Shown: one piece after another, positions 33,243 through 45,297 of the stretch
How positions within the stretch are numbered: position 1 is the first letter of the stretch
Layout of the letters: each line of letters begins with the position of its first letter
Origin: Eremomyces bilateralis CBS 781.70
Taxonomy: Eukaryota
DNA: 64,000 nucleotides
NCBI GenBank assembly: GCA_010015585.1
Contig: ML975158.1
Direction: 5' to 3' (one strand)
Notes under the pieces: generated by a model
The model's database searches: none
Told to the model about the DNA's origin: nothing
Seen by the model: the letters and a program-made list of their open reading frames with translations, nothing else
Program-made: the position numbers and the translations under genes

Positions 33243-35800
33243 TCAACCCTGCGCCACGGACTTCTTCCGCCCGAAGATCGTTCGGGTGCGTGATTTATCG
33301 CGCGCCGGCTTCTTCTCGGAGGGAGGGCCGTCCTTCTTGATGGTGTGGGTGCGGGCAGGGCCGCGTCCGCGTGGTGCGTCGCGTGGTGCGTCGCGTGGTG
33401 CGGCGGGTTCGGGCGCGTCTTCGGAGTCGGAGAGGTATTTGTCTTTGTAGATCCTAGGAAGATGTTAGCATTGGCCGTGAACGGAATTCGAGACAACTGA
33501 AGTAGGGCTGGAGTGTCACAAACGGATGATAGGATCTGAACGTACCAACTATTCCCCGCCATGCTCACCCCCTTCCGCTCCGCCCGGCGATAAAACCACG
33601 CCGCCTTCTTCCCGTCCCGCTTACAGCCGATCCCCTCCGCATAGCAGAACCCCGCCTCCGCCAACGCGTCTGGATCGCCCCAGTTCCCCGCCACCTCGAA
33701 GCACCGTAGCGCCAGCGCCTTGTCCTGCCGTACGCCCCACCCGTTCATGTAGCTCACCCCCAGCTCATACACGCTCAGCGCGAACTGCGCCTTGTGCGTC
33801 TTCTGGTCGACCCGGTTGATCGCTTTGGGTCCGCCTTTCTTGATAAGGTCCTCGTCGTCCGCGACTTCCAGCTGGGCGGAGTCGACGGCTTTCTGGAGCC
33901 AGGAGACGCCTTCGGATGCGTTCGGACGCATGCCCCATCCGTGGCGGCAGGCGAGCGCGTAGAGCAGCATGGCGGTCGGAAGGCCGGCGCGGGCGGCGAG
34001 ACGGAGGTGGTAGGTAGATTCTTGGAGGGCGCCGCGCTCGTGACATTCGATGCCGAGTTGGAGGTGGGTTTCGGGGTCGTTGGGTTCGGGGGCAGTGGTG
34101 TCGGGTGGTAGGGTGGTGGATTTCACAATGCGGGGTTTGATGGTGCTGTTGCTGGAGGCGATGGAAGGGGAGGTGAAGTGGGCGGCGCGAGGTGGAGAAG
34201 TTGAAGAGGCGTGATTGGGCCCGCGGGGTGGAGAGTTAGGAGGGGAACGACGAGGCCTTTGGGGTTGGGAGGAATGGGCGGGTGCGGAGGCGGTGGAGTG
34301 GCCGTCGGAATCGGTGGAGGGGCGGGCAGGAAAGTGAAGGGATGTGGGAGTGTTCGCGGATGGGTGATCGGTTGCGATGTCATCCCATTGGAATTGTCGG
34401 TTGAGGAATTCTTCCAGACCGATCGATTCCCGCTTCGACTCGCGCTTCGCAAAGCGGCCCCGAGGGAGAGTGAATTTGGAGTGGACGTAGGATGATGTCG
34501 GAGCTGGACTGTTGCCCGAATCGAATTCAGGGGGGAGCTCGTCGTTGGCAATCGACACGCTTGGCGGTACCATCCCCGACGACGACGGCGTATCGGGCAT
34601 ATCCTGAGAATCCTGCCGGGATGGAAGCTCGAATGATAGGCCCGTGCCCGTGCTGTCGTTGGTGTTTTGGCGGCCCGGAGCATCGTAGGGTCGTTTGACA
34701 TCGATAGGCGAACGCATCGCTGCGCTGCTGAGCGGACGGGAGAAATTGAAGGATGGTCGTGGTAGTGCACCAAACGAAGCATTTGATGCGACAGATGGTG
34801 GTCGAGGGATAGTCGGTGGCAGCGGTGAGTATGGGGAATGTGACCGTGGTATGCTGCCGCTCACAGAATTGTCTCGTGGCGGTAACGAGTCTATGGAGTC
34901 GATCGTTGAGAATCCCTCGTTGTCCGAACTATCGTCCGTCATTGATCGCATGCTTGGAGATGATTTCCATGGTTGTGGGTTTGCCATTGGCTTTGGTGGT
35001 AGCAATGCCATGCCTGGATAGGTCTGAGCTGGCGCACGGTCAACAAAGACATCGTTCTGTGACTGCATCGCCGCTACAATAGGTGGTTGCGGTTTTGATG
35101 ACCCCTGAGCACCGACAACCGGTCGACCCTTCGCTACATGTATTCCCAAAGCGCCCACACTTTCTGGTGAGCTTGCACGAGGAATATCAAAGTAGCTTTT
35201 AGGTTTTGAACTCTGCCCTATCGGCGTCGGGTCCTCGGTTACGTGCCTCAAGGAGGGATTGAACGGTGGGCGTAGGGATACGGTCGGTGGCGCACTCCTG
35301 CTCGTACCAGACTCCGTCTGTGGTTGCCCGTCGTACTGAATTTGGGGATAATGCGACGTCGGTCTCCAGGTCGGATCTTGCTTTACGCTTTTCTTCCGAC
35401 CGACCAGCTGGCTGGGATCCTCGTCCCAGCCATCCTCATGTCCAAAGCTCCTCGACAAACCAGTTCCTTGGTGTTCGGTATCTCCGTCATTGAGGCTTTG
35501 GCCTTCGGACAGGCTTCGCAAAAACGCGGGTCGGGACTTGAATTCGTTTTCGACCGTGTTCGGCGGGAGGCGGCTAATACGGCTGCCTGACTTGGATTGC
35601 TCGTCGAATCTCTTCGCGAGAAGGCGGCTCTGGAGGGCGAGTGCATCGAGGGGTGAGAGAGCGGGTGCGAGATCGCCGGTGCGTGGAGAGACGGGGCTAT
35701 CGTTGGGTACATTGAGGTAGGGAACGTCAATAGGTTTCGGACGGAAAGACGTCGCAGATCGTGGAGGGCCCTTCGACTTTGCCCGCGGGTCAGACTGCAT
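33243..35800 (-). CDS. Sel1-like repeat protein, Dsf2/Nif1-like
   Basis: Long S/P-rich N-terminus, then HLQLGIECHERG..STYHL..AMLLYALACRHGWG, YELGVSYMNGWG and GNSW. Intron 33545-33454, then exon 2 (W)IYKDKY...RKKSVAQG*. Confidence 0.85.
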
Positions 35801-37610
35801 TGTGGGCCGCTATCCCGTGTATCACGCGCTTGATATTCGGATCCAGGATCGTAGGAATAGATGAGCGTTGAGTGGGATGTTCGTACGCGATATCGAATGT
35901 CGGGCGACCATAGGAATGGATGCAAATGTCTCTAGGAGTGACTTGGGGTGGTTCACTTGCGCGACGTAGAACCGGTGAAGGATTGTGCTCGCTGACGTCT
36001 GCGGACGAGGCACACACACGACGCAGCGGTGGTGCGCATGAGGCGTGCGCCGTTCGTCGTCGGCAAAGGGGCGGAGTTCGACCACGGGCGCTCCGAGAGG
36101 GGGGGGCTGAATTGCGTTGGAAAGATATGACAGGAAGGAATGCGGCGATGGTTTTGAAGGATTGTCGACGAGGATAAGGAGACGTAGGCCACGGTATAAA
36201 GGAGACGTATAGGCTAGCGATTGAGGTATTGAAGTGGCGATAGGGCTCCGTACGGCAAAGGAGACGGCGAGTAGGGCACAGTATTGGCACAGATGGCGTC
36301 AATGGTGTGATGCACCCCAGCTGGAATCCAAAGAGGGTAGAACAAGAAGACTCGGCGGTGGAATATCGAAGGCGATGATTTGATCCAGAGGGGGAAATTG
36401 AAGCCAGAGTAGAGAGGGGAGAGAGTGCCGATGAGTGGTGGAGTGAAGGAGTGGAGGGAGATGATGATGATGCTGCTGTAGCGTCAATGGGGCAAGATTG
36501 GTAGTGGAGAGTGCCGAGTGGTGAGTGGACAGGGGTGGCCTGGGCGGAATGGAATTGGGGGCCTTAGGGCCTTGGGGCCTGGATGCAGCAAGTCACGCTG
36601 CAGAGTTCAAGATTGAGTTTGTTAGTGACAGTCAGGGGGGAAGGCGCGAGCGATGGGCAGGTGCAGCTCGTGCAGAGGGGGAAATTGGCAACAGAGGAAG
36701 GTGCAGTCGAGAGTGCTTCCCGCGTCGCAGTCTCCAACAGTCAATGCAACAACACCGCTTACAGGGACAATAATATACAGTCAGCAAATACGATCCCTTA
36801 CCTTAGCCCTATCTCGAATTGGCTTTGCTCGGGGCTGTTAATAGCGAAAAAATAATAATAAGTGATATTGTGATCATCCTCCAGAGCACCTATTGTACCC
36901 TGTGGAGGAAATCAAAGCCAAAAGGGGCCAGCCCCTCGTCACCAGCATGTGGTTGGCTCCGCTTTCCATTTCCCAGGGCTGGGCTGCGTGGATCGATTTC
37001 AAGTGGTGGAACCATAGCGCGCAATCGGAATTCTGAACCGTTTGCGCCTTTGTGGCTCCTGATGCGCCAGCTTGCACTAACTTACCGGGACAAGGCTGTG
37101 GCGAATGAAATCGCTGCTGTGTCACGAAAATAGTCCCAATCCAACCTCGCTAATACCGTAATCATAACTGTAGTTCGTACCGTTGATCACTTGGTGTTGG
37201 TGATGTTGGTCCAGACTCTAGACTCTCATCCGAGCAAGCGGGGGATTGTTTAATGATATTCGCCGCTCTATTTTAAGAGAAGGGTGTTCACGATGGATTC
37301 TAGTGTAGAGCATCGTGATCTAGACTAACATATGAAGTCTAGAAGTGTAGGAATCCTAACACTGCACAGAGTGCAAACTGCTGGTAGACTGAGTATCAAG
37401 ATCTTGTCCCTAGATCCCTGTCATACTTCAGTTCGTCTGGGCTTCCTTCACCTGAATCTCCTGCGCAGGGTGTCGCATCAGCGTCCTTCCAGAAGCCCGA
37501 ATCGTTCGGCACATCTCAACCGCACTCCCAATTAGTCAAAGTGGGAAGAATTCCTCCGATCTCAAAGAGTTCAAGTGCCTCCATGCCATACCAATGACAT
37601 GCTCCCCCCC

Positions 37611-39000
37611 TTACACCTGATGCCACGACCCCTCCCCAAACTCTAATAACCCCCTTTCCACCCTCCGCTTCCCCCTCCTCTTCCTCCCCATCATCCACCC
37701 TACCACCCCCTCCGGCACCCACCGCTCCACCAAATCATACCCCCACGCCCCCATCCCCACCCTCACCGTCCCCCCCGCCCACCGCGTCGTCAATGCACCC
37801 ACCACCGCCCGATTAATCCGCATGAACGCCTCCTGATTCCTCCTTACCGCGCCCGGTTCCCCTCTCCCTCGGCGCGGATCGTCCGGATCGTCCTCTGCCG
37901 ACCCGCTCGTGTGGTGGTCGATCGACCCCGTGCGGAGATGCGTGACGGGGACGCCGTCGTGCGCGAGCTCGTGGCGGAGGGAGGCAACGAAGCCGGCAAG
38001 GGCGGAGAGGAGGGTGCTTTCCTGGGCGTGGCGGGGCGGGTGGAGGGCGGAGACGGCGTTGGGGGTGAGGAGGAGGAGGCGAGCGTGGGAGGTGCGGAGG
38101 AGGGGGATGAGTGATTGGGTGGTGGTGATGGTGGCGTGGAGGGCGGACAGGGCGGTGGTCCAAGTGGAGGGGGGGAGGGTTTCGGTAGCGGTGATGGAGG
38201 TGGGGAGGGGGGGGATGAGGATGGCGGCGGTGAGAGTGCGGCTGTGGGCGGTGTCGGAGGAGATGGCGTCCTTGGAGAGCGTGCTCCTGAGATTCTCCAA
38301 GCAGCGATCCGCGTTCGATGGCTGTCTCATGTCAGCGTACGTCCTTTCAAAAGTAAGTGTCCCCCAAAATATCTCCTACCTCGAACCACATCGCCCGCAA
38401 CCCTTCCCTCCCCTCCCTCCCCACCGCCTCCTCCTCCTCCCTCGTCTCCACCATCACAAACACAATATACCCCCTCCTCTCCAACGACAACGCCACACTC
38501 CTCACCAACCCCGACCAACCCCCTCCCACCACCACCACCTCTACCCTCTCCCCCCTTTCCCCCCTCTTTGCTCTCATCTTCCCCACCCTCCGCGCCCCCT
38601 GATACCTCCACCACTGCACCCCTGCCGCCATCCCTCCCACCCCCACAAACGTCCCGATCGTCCACGCCGCTAGCACATGGCGCTCACACCATCGCGTCAC
38701 CGGCCCAAATACCCGGCCCAGCGGCCCATGTGTTAGGAAGCTTGTCGCGACGCGCGGCGGCGGCGGTGGCGGAGGGGGAGGGGGTTGGAGGGAGTCGATG
38801 GCGTGGCGGATGGAGGCGGCGGCGGTGTCGACCGAGGCGTCAAAGTGTTCGGCTGCGGTGGTAGTGAATTTGGCGACCTGGTCGGAGATGTGGGCGAGCT
38901 GGGTCGTATGGTTAGCAGTTGCCAGGAGAATGGAGGGAATGTGTTCAGTAGGGTGTGGAGGACGTACGAGGTCGAGGAATTGACGGTCGTCGCTGGTCAT
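37611..39000 (-). CDS. DUF1776 (Ysc83-like) SDR-fold membrane-anchored protein
   Basis: MTSDDRQFLD; TM followed by RAKR.ERGER.EVVVV; ALSLERRGYIVFV; LRHEL. Introns ~38967-38899 and ~38379-38322. Confidence 0.8.
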
Positions 39001-39545
39001 GGTTGTCGAGGGTTGTTAAGACATTAATGCAGATACTATAGAATTAGGTGGAAATAGTTTATTACTGGGGTATAAACGGGTCTCATGCGTCTAGCTATTG
39101 AGGAATTGTTGTTTTGTAGCTTGAGGAAAGTTGTTAAACTTGACCATCATGAGATATCCGTCCAGAGAAGCGCACGTGATATGACGATTGCTTGCGAGTA
39201 GAGAGCCAGCGAGAGTTTCAACTTCAATTGTTTATTCTGAGCTGCTGGCGCTTCGTGATTTGAGCCGCCCAGCGCCAGATTTGTTCCGCGCACCCAAAGC
39301 TTGAAGTTCTGGTCGTTTGCATCGAGTCCTGCTCTTTGGTTTGAAGTCATTAATACTCTGCCACTAAGTACTGACAACGAGAAGAGATTCGTTGTGATCC
39401 CGGCTAGTCGGGCTATTTCACTGTCCGTTTTGGCTCCCAGTCGGTTCTCTGAATCATCTAGGTACCTAAGCAACGGTATCTTTTCTCTAATTGGAGCTTG
39501 GTCTGCGTTGTCGCTTCACTTTCCCAGGCAATGTACCTTGGGTGC

Positions 39546-41485
39546 GATGGAAGAGGCGAAAGAATAAGACTCATCAAGTCCAGATGACCTTTGTGAACTA
39601 TACTGCAGCTTAATTCTGGACTCCGCTTTGGACAGGTTGTTCCTTCAGTCGGATGGATCCCAGAGAATACCCAGCGCTATATCACCATGGAGTCACGTAG
39701 AGAAAGACCTGAAACCAAGCCTCTCGCAAGCGTGTCGAATTTGCAACCCCATATGGCTTCCCGCTATCCACGAGAATGGGGGCGCAGCCATGCAACTAGA
39801 CAGGAAGCTCCGGATTACAACGTTGTACGTTCGCGGGCGACAGTCTGACTTTGTCGATGCGCTGGGCCTCTACGTTCACGGCGAGCAGACCAACGTATTG
39901 CATTGGCTAGTTCCTATCGATCCACGGCCAGGGCCGGCGGCTAGAGGGAAAATCACTGATCGAGAGCGAGCGGACCTCAAGTTCGCTCAAAATTGTTTTA
40001 GGTTTTGCCGAGAATATCACGCGAAGACGTGTGGGATGGTACCGCAATGGGTTCGAGGGCTAAAGCTGATTGATTGCAAGACCAGGCAGATTTCAAAGGA
40101 GACATCGAACTATCCGTATGTCGCCCTGAGCTATTTATGGGGCAGCCGGACTCCAGCACCACCAAATGTGCACGATGGAATCCTGAAAGAAGTGCCAAAA
40201 GTCATTGAAGACGCGATGACGGTGGCTTCCTCGCTTGGTATTTCATTCTTGTGGGTGGATAAGTATTGCATTGACCAAGCCAACGAAAAGGAACGGTGTC
40301 ATATGATCCAAAACATGGACTGGATCTATGAAGGTGCAGAGTGACCATTTCGCAGCGGCGGGATCCAGTCTGGACTTTGGGTTAGTCGGTGTGTCCAGTA
40401 CCTCGCGTGAACCTCATCGCATATGCAAGTGGGATCGCATACTCTTGTGTCCTTCTCGCACCCCGGTTTGGAACTCCTCTCTTTGAAATGGTCGTCTAGA
40501 GGCTAGACATACCAAGAAGGCCTGCTTTCCAGGCGACGGCTGGTATTCTCCGAGTCTCAGGCGTATTTTCAGTGCTATCAGACACATGGCGCTGAGGCGC
40601 TCGAGCTCCCTCTTCAGGAATGACATGCGACTGACGTCCGGAATGTTCGTTCATTGAGCATATTTCCCGAGAACGGAATCGGGAAAGGAGGTTATGATAT
40701 ATATCGACGCCTGGACGATTATTGCGGTACAGAGTTCACGTTCCAAAGCGACAGTCTCAACGCCTTCCTCGGGATTTTCAACGCTCTTCGGACACGAGAG
40801 CCTTGCGTGTTTCACTTCTGGGGCGTTCGCATCTTCAGGATGTCACGTACTCCAATGAAAAACTAGGGGTTCATCGCATCGCTAGCTTGGGGCGCCGACA
40901 GGGGTGTTAAGCGGCGAGGATGTAACCTGCCATCATGGTCATGGGCTGCGTATAAATGCAGCTAGATATATATCCCGCGCCGAGGATATTGGAACGGTTT
41001 CGACGAATCTACCACGGTGATGGTGACGAAGTTGTCAAGGGGCGCAGCTAGACATCGCGGCCTACGTTAGGGCCATCTATACTAGGGATACTTTCACTGA
41101 TTATCACCTCTGGCTTGATATGACTGGTTAGGTGACTACTTGTCAATTTCACCGCTCAAACAATGTGCTAGTGGTTGGTTACGACGGGGTTTGTTTCCGG
41201 ATCGACCTAAGGGAGGCAGGAAACGTCCTGTTGTTCTCGGGCGAAGAAAGAGTTGAGGGCCAGGACAGTGGCGATAACGAAGATGCTTTGAATCTCATTT
41301 TTTTGGGACGTCAAACTAATTACGGCAAACGGCTGGTCTTTCTCATGCTCCAGACCCAAGGCTCGAATGACTACACTCGCGTCAGCAAATTGGAGGTGAT
41401 ATCTCCGATTGGCGATCTAGATGAGAGCGGCATCTTCGAACACATGAGAACTCATTAGAAAAACCGAACCATTCGGCTCATTTAA
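39546..41485 (+). pseudogene. HET-domain (heterokaryon incompatibility, PF06985-type) pseudogene
   Basis: LIDC, YVALSYLWG, PKVIEDAM, LWVDKYCIDQ, IQNMDWIY. Frameshift at GAE/VTI (~40340); RG*TYQEGLLSRRRL with TAG at 40504; LPSWSWA; further stops; ends RTIRLI*. The start is approximate. Confidence 0.88.
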
Positions 41486-42406
41486 CGCATGTACCATTAT
41501 CTACAATAGATCATAACGACCTTGTCCCTATTCCTTTGATTTTAGGCGACGTTTCAGGACATCCGCCGGATGAATTTCAGTGCCTGTGGGTCGTGAATAA
41601 GATGCTATGTTTTGCGCCGACTGGAAGTTACTGGTGATTATCCGGCATTATTCCCCTGGAAGCCACTGAGGTCCTTACTGGATGTCAGCGTATCTAATCC
41701 ATCCGAATCCCAAGTTGCTGAATTCTCATGCTGAAGAATATGATAAAACGCCTTAATAATGAGAAGGAGGTAGTGAAACTTGTTTCAGCGACTGTATAGT
41801 TCCATTAGCTTTCCAGATTCTCACCTTTCTCCGCATCAGTCTAAAGTCTCCCAAGAAGTAGACTTTTCAGCCGATTTGATATTGCGTTTTCAGTCACTTT
41901 CAATACCGCGTCTTCCTCGCTTGCGGCCGGCTTTTCTGCCGGCTTTGCTGCAACATGCCGTCATCGACTCGAGAAGAGCTCATTGCATAAGTAGAGTAGA
42001 AGTTAAAGGGAGATTAGGACGCTGAATCGCGAACTGTTCCATCGTGCCACCTTTCTTTGATTAACCTACTAGCTTCGACATCGTGCCTTTCGGGAAAGTT
42101 GAGAGAATTCATCTTTGGGTCACACTCGCGTATACTTACCTGGATATTCGAAGTTCTTATAAGTAGAAAGGGATGAGTGGAGTAGCATTTCCGCAACACA
42201 ACCATCCCTTGCGTTCATGATAAGGGACTCGAATACAATATTGAAAATATTGGGACATTATAACACACATAATTTTGTTTATGCGCCCTTGGGCCACGAA
42301 TACAGTAGTACAACCCCCTTCAAAGGCAAAGGAATGATGTTTCTTCCCATCTTCGAACTGGTTATGAAACCTGAAAACCCTAATGGGGCGCCTTGGTAGT
42401 ACATTA

Positions 42407-44358
42407 CTACCTCCATCCCTGCTTATTATCCGTACTGCCGCTTGCGAACATGTCGTCCTGATTCGGTGGAGGCGGAGCATAATCCGGCCGCGGCCCGTCG
42501 ATCGGCGGTAGATCCTGTGCAATCGCATCCTCATAGCTCGGCGGCGGTGCCTCATCATACTGTGCATTCGGATCCGGTACCGGCCTTCTCTGTGGAGGCA
42601 ACGGTGCGCCAGGTTGCGGTGGGACTTGGTGGAACGGACCGCCCGGTGTGATCGGGGTCGTCGGCGAGGAAGGCCCAGGGACAGTAAGAGACGATGCACC
42701 AGGTGGAATGGTGTGTGTTTTGGGCGGTTCGACGTGGAGGGATGGCTTTTCGATAGGCCAGGTGGTGGTAGGTTGGGGTTTCATAGTGTCGGTTTGCATG
42801 GCCTGCAGGAGGGCAGCGGGAGGGCGGATGCCGGAAAACACCTTGACTGGGAGCCGGAGTGGAAGGATGGTGGTTTCGCCCTGTATATTGTCAATACTTT
42901 GCCCACTGGAGAAGATATGGCTAGGGGGATGAAATGGGTTCCAACCTTGCCAGCAACGGTGGTGCCGTAACCAATTCCCACTCGAACTTCCATCTCGTAA
43001 TACCTCGAAATGTTACATGTGGTAAATGTTGGTGCGACAGTATTTGGTAGAGGTCGATTCTGCCAGTACTCTTTCGAGATATCTATCTCCGTTCCAACAG
43101 GATCTTCAACTCTCCCTAACGGGACGCCCATGTTGCTGTAGCTGCATATCACCCACGATGTCGATTCGGTTCTCATGAAATCATGCGCTCGTACTTTCGT
43201 GTATCCGATCAACTCGATCTGAAAGCTGTTCATGTAAAGTGGCTGCCGCCGCTCCGATAGCTGTGTAAAGAGCAATCGCATTGGGATCTCTTCCCCACAT
43301 GTGACAATGGCAGGATTTTGGAGGCGCATATCGAAGGAAAATCGCGGCGGTTCGAGAGGAGGTTCGGGTTCTGACAATGTCTTCTCTTTCTTCCCAAACG
43401 AGAAAATCGACCCTTTTTTCGTCGGCGATGCCGGCGGAGGGTCCATGTTGAATTGATGGTGCCGCCGAGCAAAGCATTCGCCATCGCCCTGGGAACGAGG
43501 CGGCTCTATGGGGAAGAAATTGAATGGCGAGATCTATACCACATTGTTAGTCTTTTGGACAACATTGATAAGACTCTAGATGCAATTCATAAGCATGTTG
43601 CATCTACCACGAGCAGTGTCGGGACATTTTATGGAATAATATTCAGGTGCTGGAATATAGCATTGACGAAAGGGTTGTTGACGACGTACAGCCCTTGGGT
43701 TCTCTTTGAGAATCGATGGTCGGTTTACGGTGACTTTAACATAGTATTTGATTTCTGCTTCTCCGGGAAAGTACAGAGATGGCGGCAACGTCGTCCTGAT
43801 ATGACGAGTAGGCTGCTTTGCAATCTCAACCTGGAGGCCAGAAAATTGGACATTGGTGCTTAAGCTATTTGCCGTAGAACATGCGTTGTTGAACGGGAGC
43901 TAAGAATAAGATTAGACAGATTCACTGGTCTCTTTGTACATCAAGACCACGAACCTTGAACTCAAATGGGAACTCATGTTGGCCTGGGCCTATTGTGAAG
44001 CTCTTCTGTGATACATCATTCTGCATGGACGGATTTGGCCAAACTGTGGCCGTCCGGTACAATAACTACAAAGGTGTCAGTGAAACGTTCAATGGCATAG
44101 TAGCCCGCTCCAAGTCAGCTCAAACGGATGGAATCCGGGGTTCTTCAGTACCTTATGAACCTCCAGCACCGGTTTAGGTTTTTCTCTCGGCTCATGAGGA
44201 GCCTGCGCAATCAACCGTGTTTTGCTTTCGCCCTCGAGTTTGACAATGATAGATGAAACATTCGTGCTGTTGGTGTTCCGTAGGGCGACACGGCCAGTGA
44301 TCACATCGAGATTCGTGTATTGTGCATTTGGCCGATCTAGGAACAGTTGAACGATCAT
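42407..44358 (-). CDS. Alpha-arrestin (arrestin-N domain) with PY motifs
   Basis: Five exons: YTNLDVITG, IVKLEGESKT, EVHK|LLY, GQHEFPFEFK|LP, LPPS, IKYYVKVTV, PTFTTCNISRYY. The C-terminal APPPSYEDA is an Rsp5/Nedd4-binding PPxY. Confidence 0.9.
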
Positions 44359-45297
44359 CTTGAAGGACTGGGAGAGGTAATGGTCCAATATAAACAAGTC
44401 CAATGGTATATTGTCCCGAGGTCCCCTTCCCCAGGTGAGGAGAGGATCGAATTACAGGTCTCCGAATCCTAGGTTATTGTGAATCTCGTCTTTGAAAAGC
44501 GATCGAGGCTATTATCATGGAAATTGATGTGGTTATAAGATGAGCCGAAAGACTTCAAGAATAATCATCAGTTCCGACGCATCCCGTGCTCAAGATGCTA
44601 GTGAGATCTATTGCACCACGAGGAAGCGCGATACTGGATTCGGAGTCGACCTGAGGAGGCTCTTGCTGCGCCTTGCACTGCACACTGCACAGCCTCGTTG
44701 GAATCGTAAGCACGCTGAAAAGGGCAATTACAAGGAATGGTTGAAAAGCTAAAGGTTCTATTACAGCGATACAACGAAGCAACGGAAGGGTGGCTGATAC
44801 GTGGACTCGTGTTTCATGATAACGGATGGAATTTTCGAAATCTCATCATGCGGGCTGTCATGAATCGTGATGTCAACACTTAGCGGAAGTCCTATCAGGT
44901 GGCAGGTCTAGCCGATATCTCCGATCGCACGGTTACGCTTGCTTCGTAATCGCTTCCCCTTCTCACCCCTGGGCCACGGCATCAGTGACTTCTCCCTGAA
45001 TGAATTGATGTCTGAATCTTTCCATTTCTGCGCTACCGGTTTAGGATCATTCCCTTAAAGTGATCCTTGACTAACATATGTAAGGTCCGAATCTCAAACG
45101 TCCGAATCGTACTCCCTTTAATTAAGAGCTACTTAAGTCGCGAGCTAAGCTCGCCGGACGCCATCGCAATATTCGTCAGCCATGAGAGCTCTGAGGATCG
45201 GATCAAGGGGCATGCAGCAAACAATCAAACACCATACCTCTTAATCCCAATAGAGCATTCTCCATCAATGGGAATATCCTCAACTTTCGTCTACCTC

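Noticed and set aside
33368..33402. 12-bp repeat GCGTGGTGCGTC x3
   Set aside because: Coding micro-repeat (APRD) in the low-complexity tail of the Dsf2-like protein.
32972..33545. C-terminal extension of the 942-aa ORF
   Set aside because: Read-through of intron 33454-33545 into the wrong frame; the spliced frame gives the conserved WIYKDKY ending at 33243.
37813..38864. Several long Gly/Pro/Arg-rich ORFs on both strands
   Set aside because: By-products of extreme C/G skew within the DUF1776 gene.
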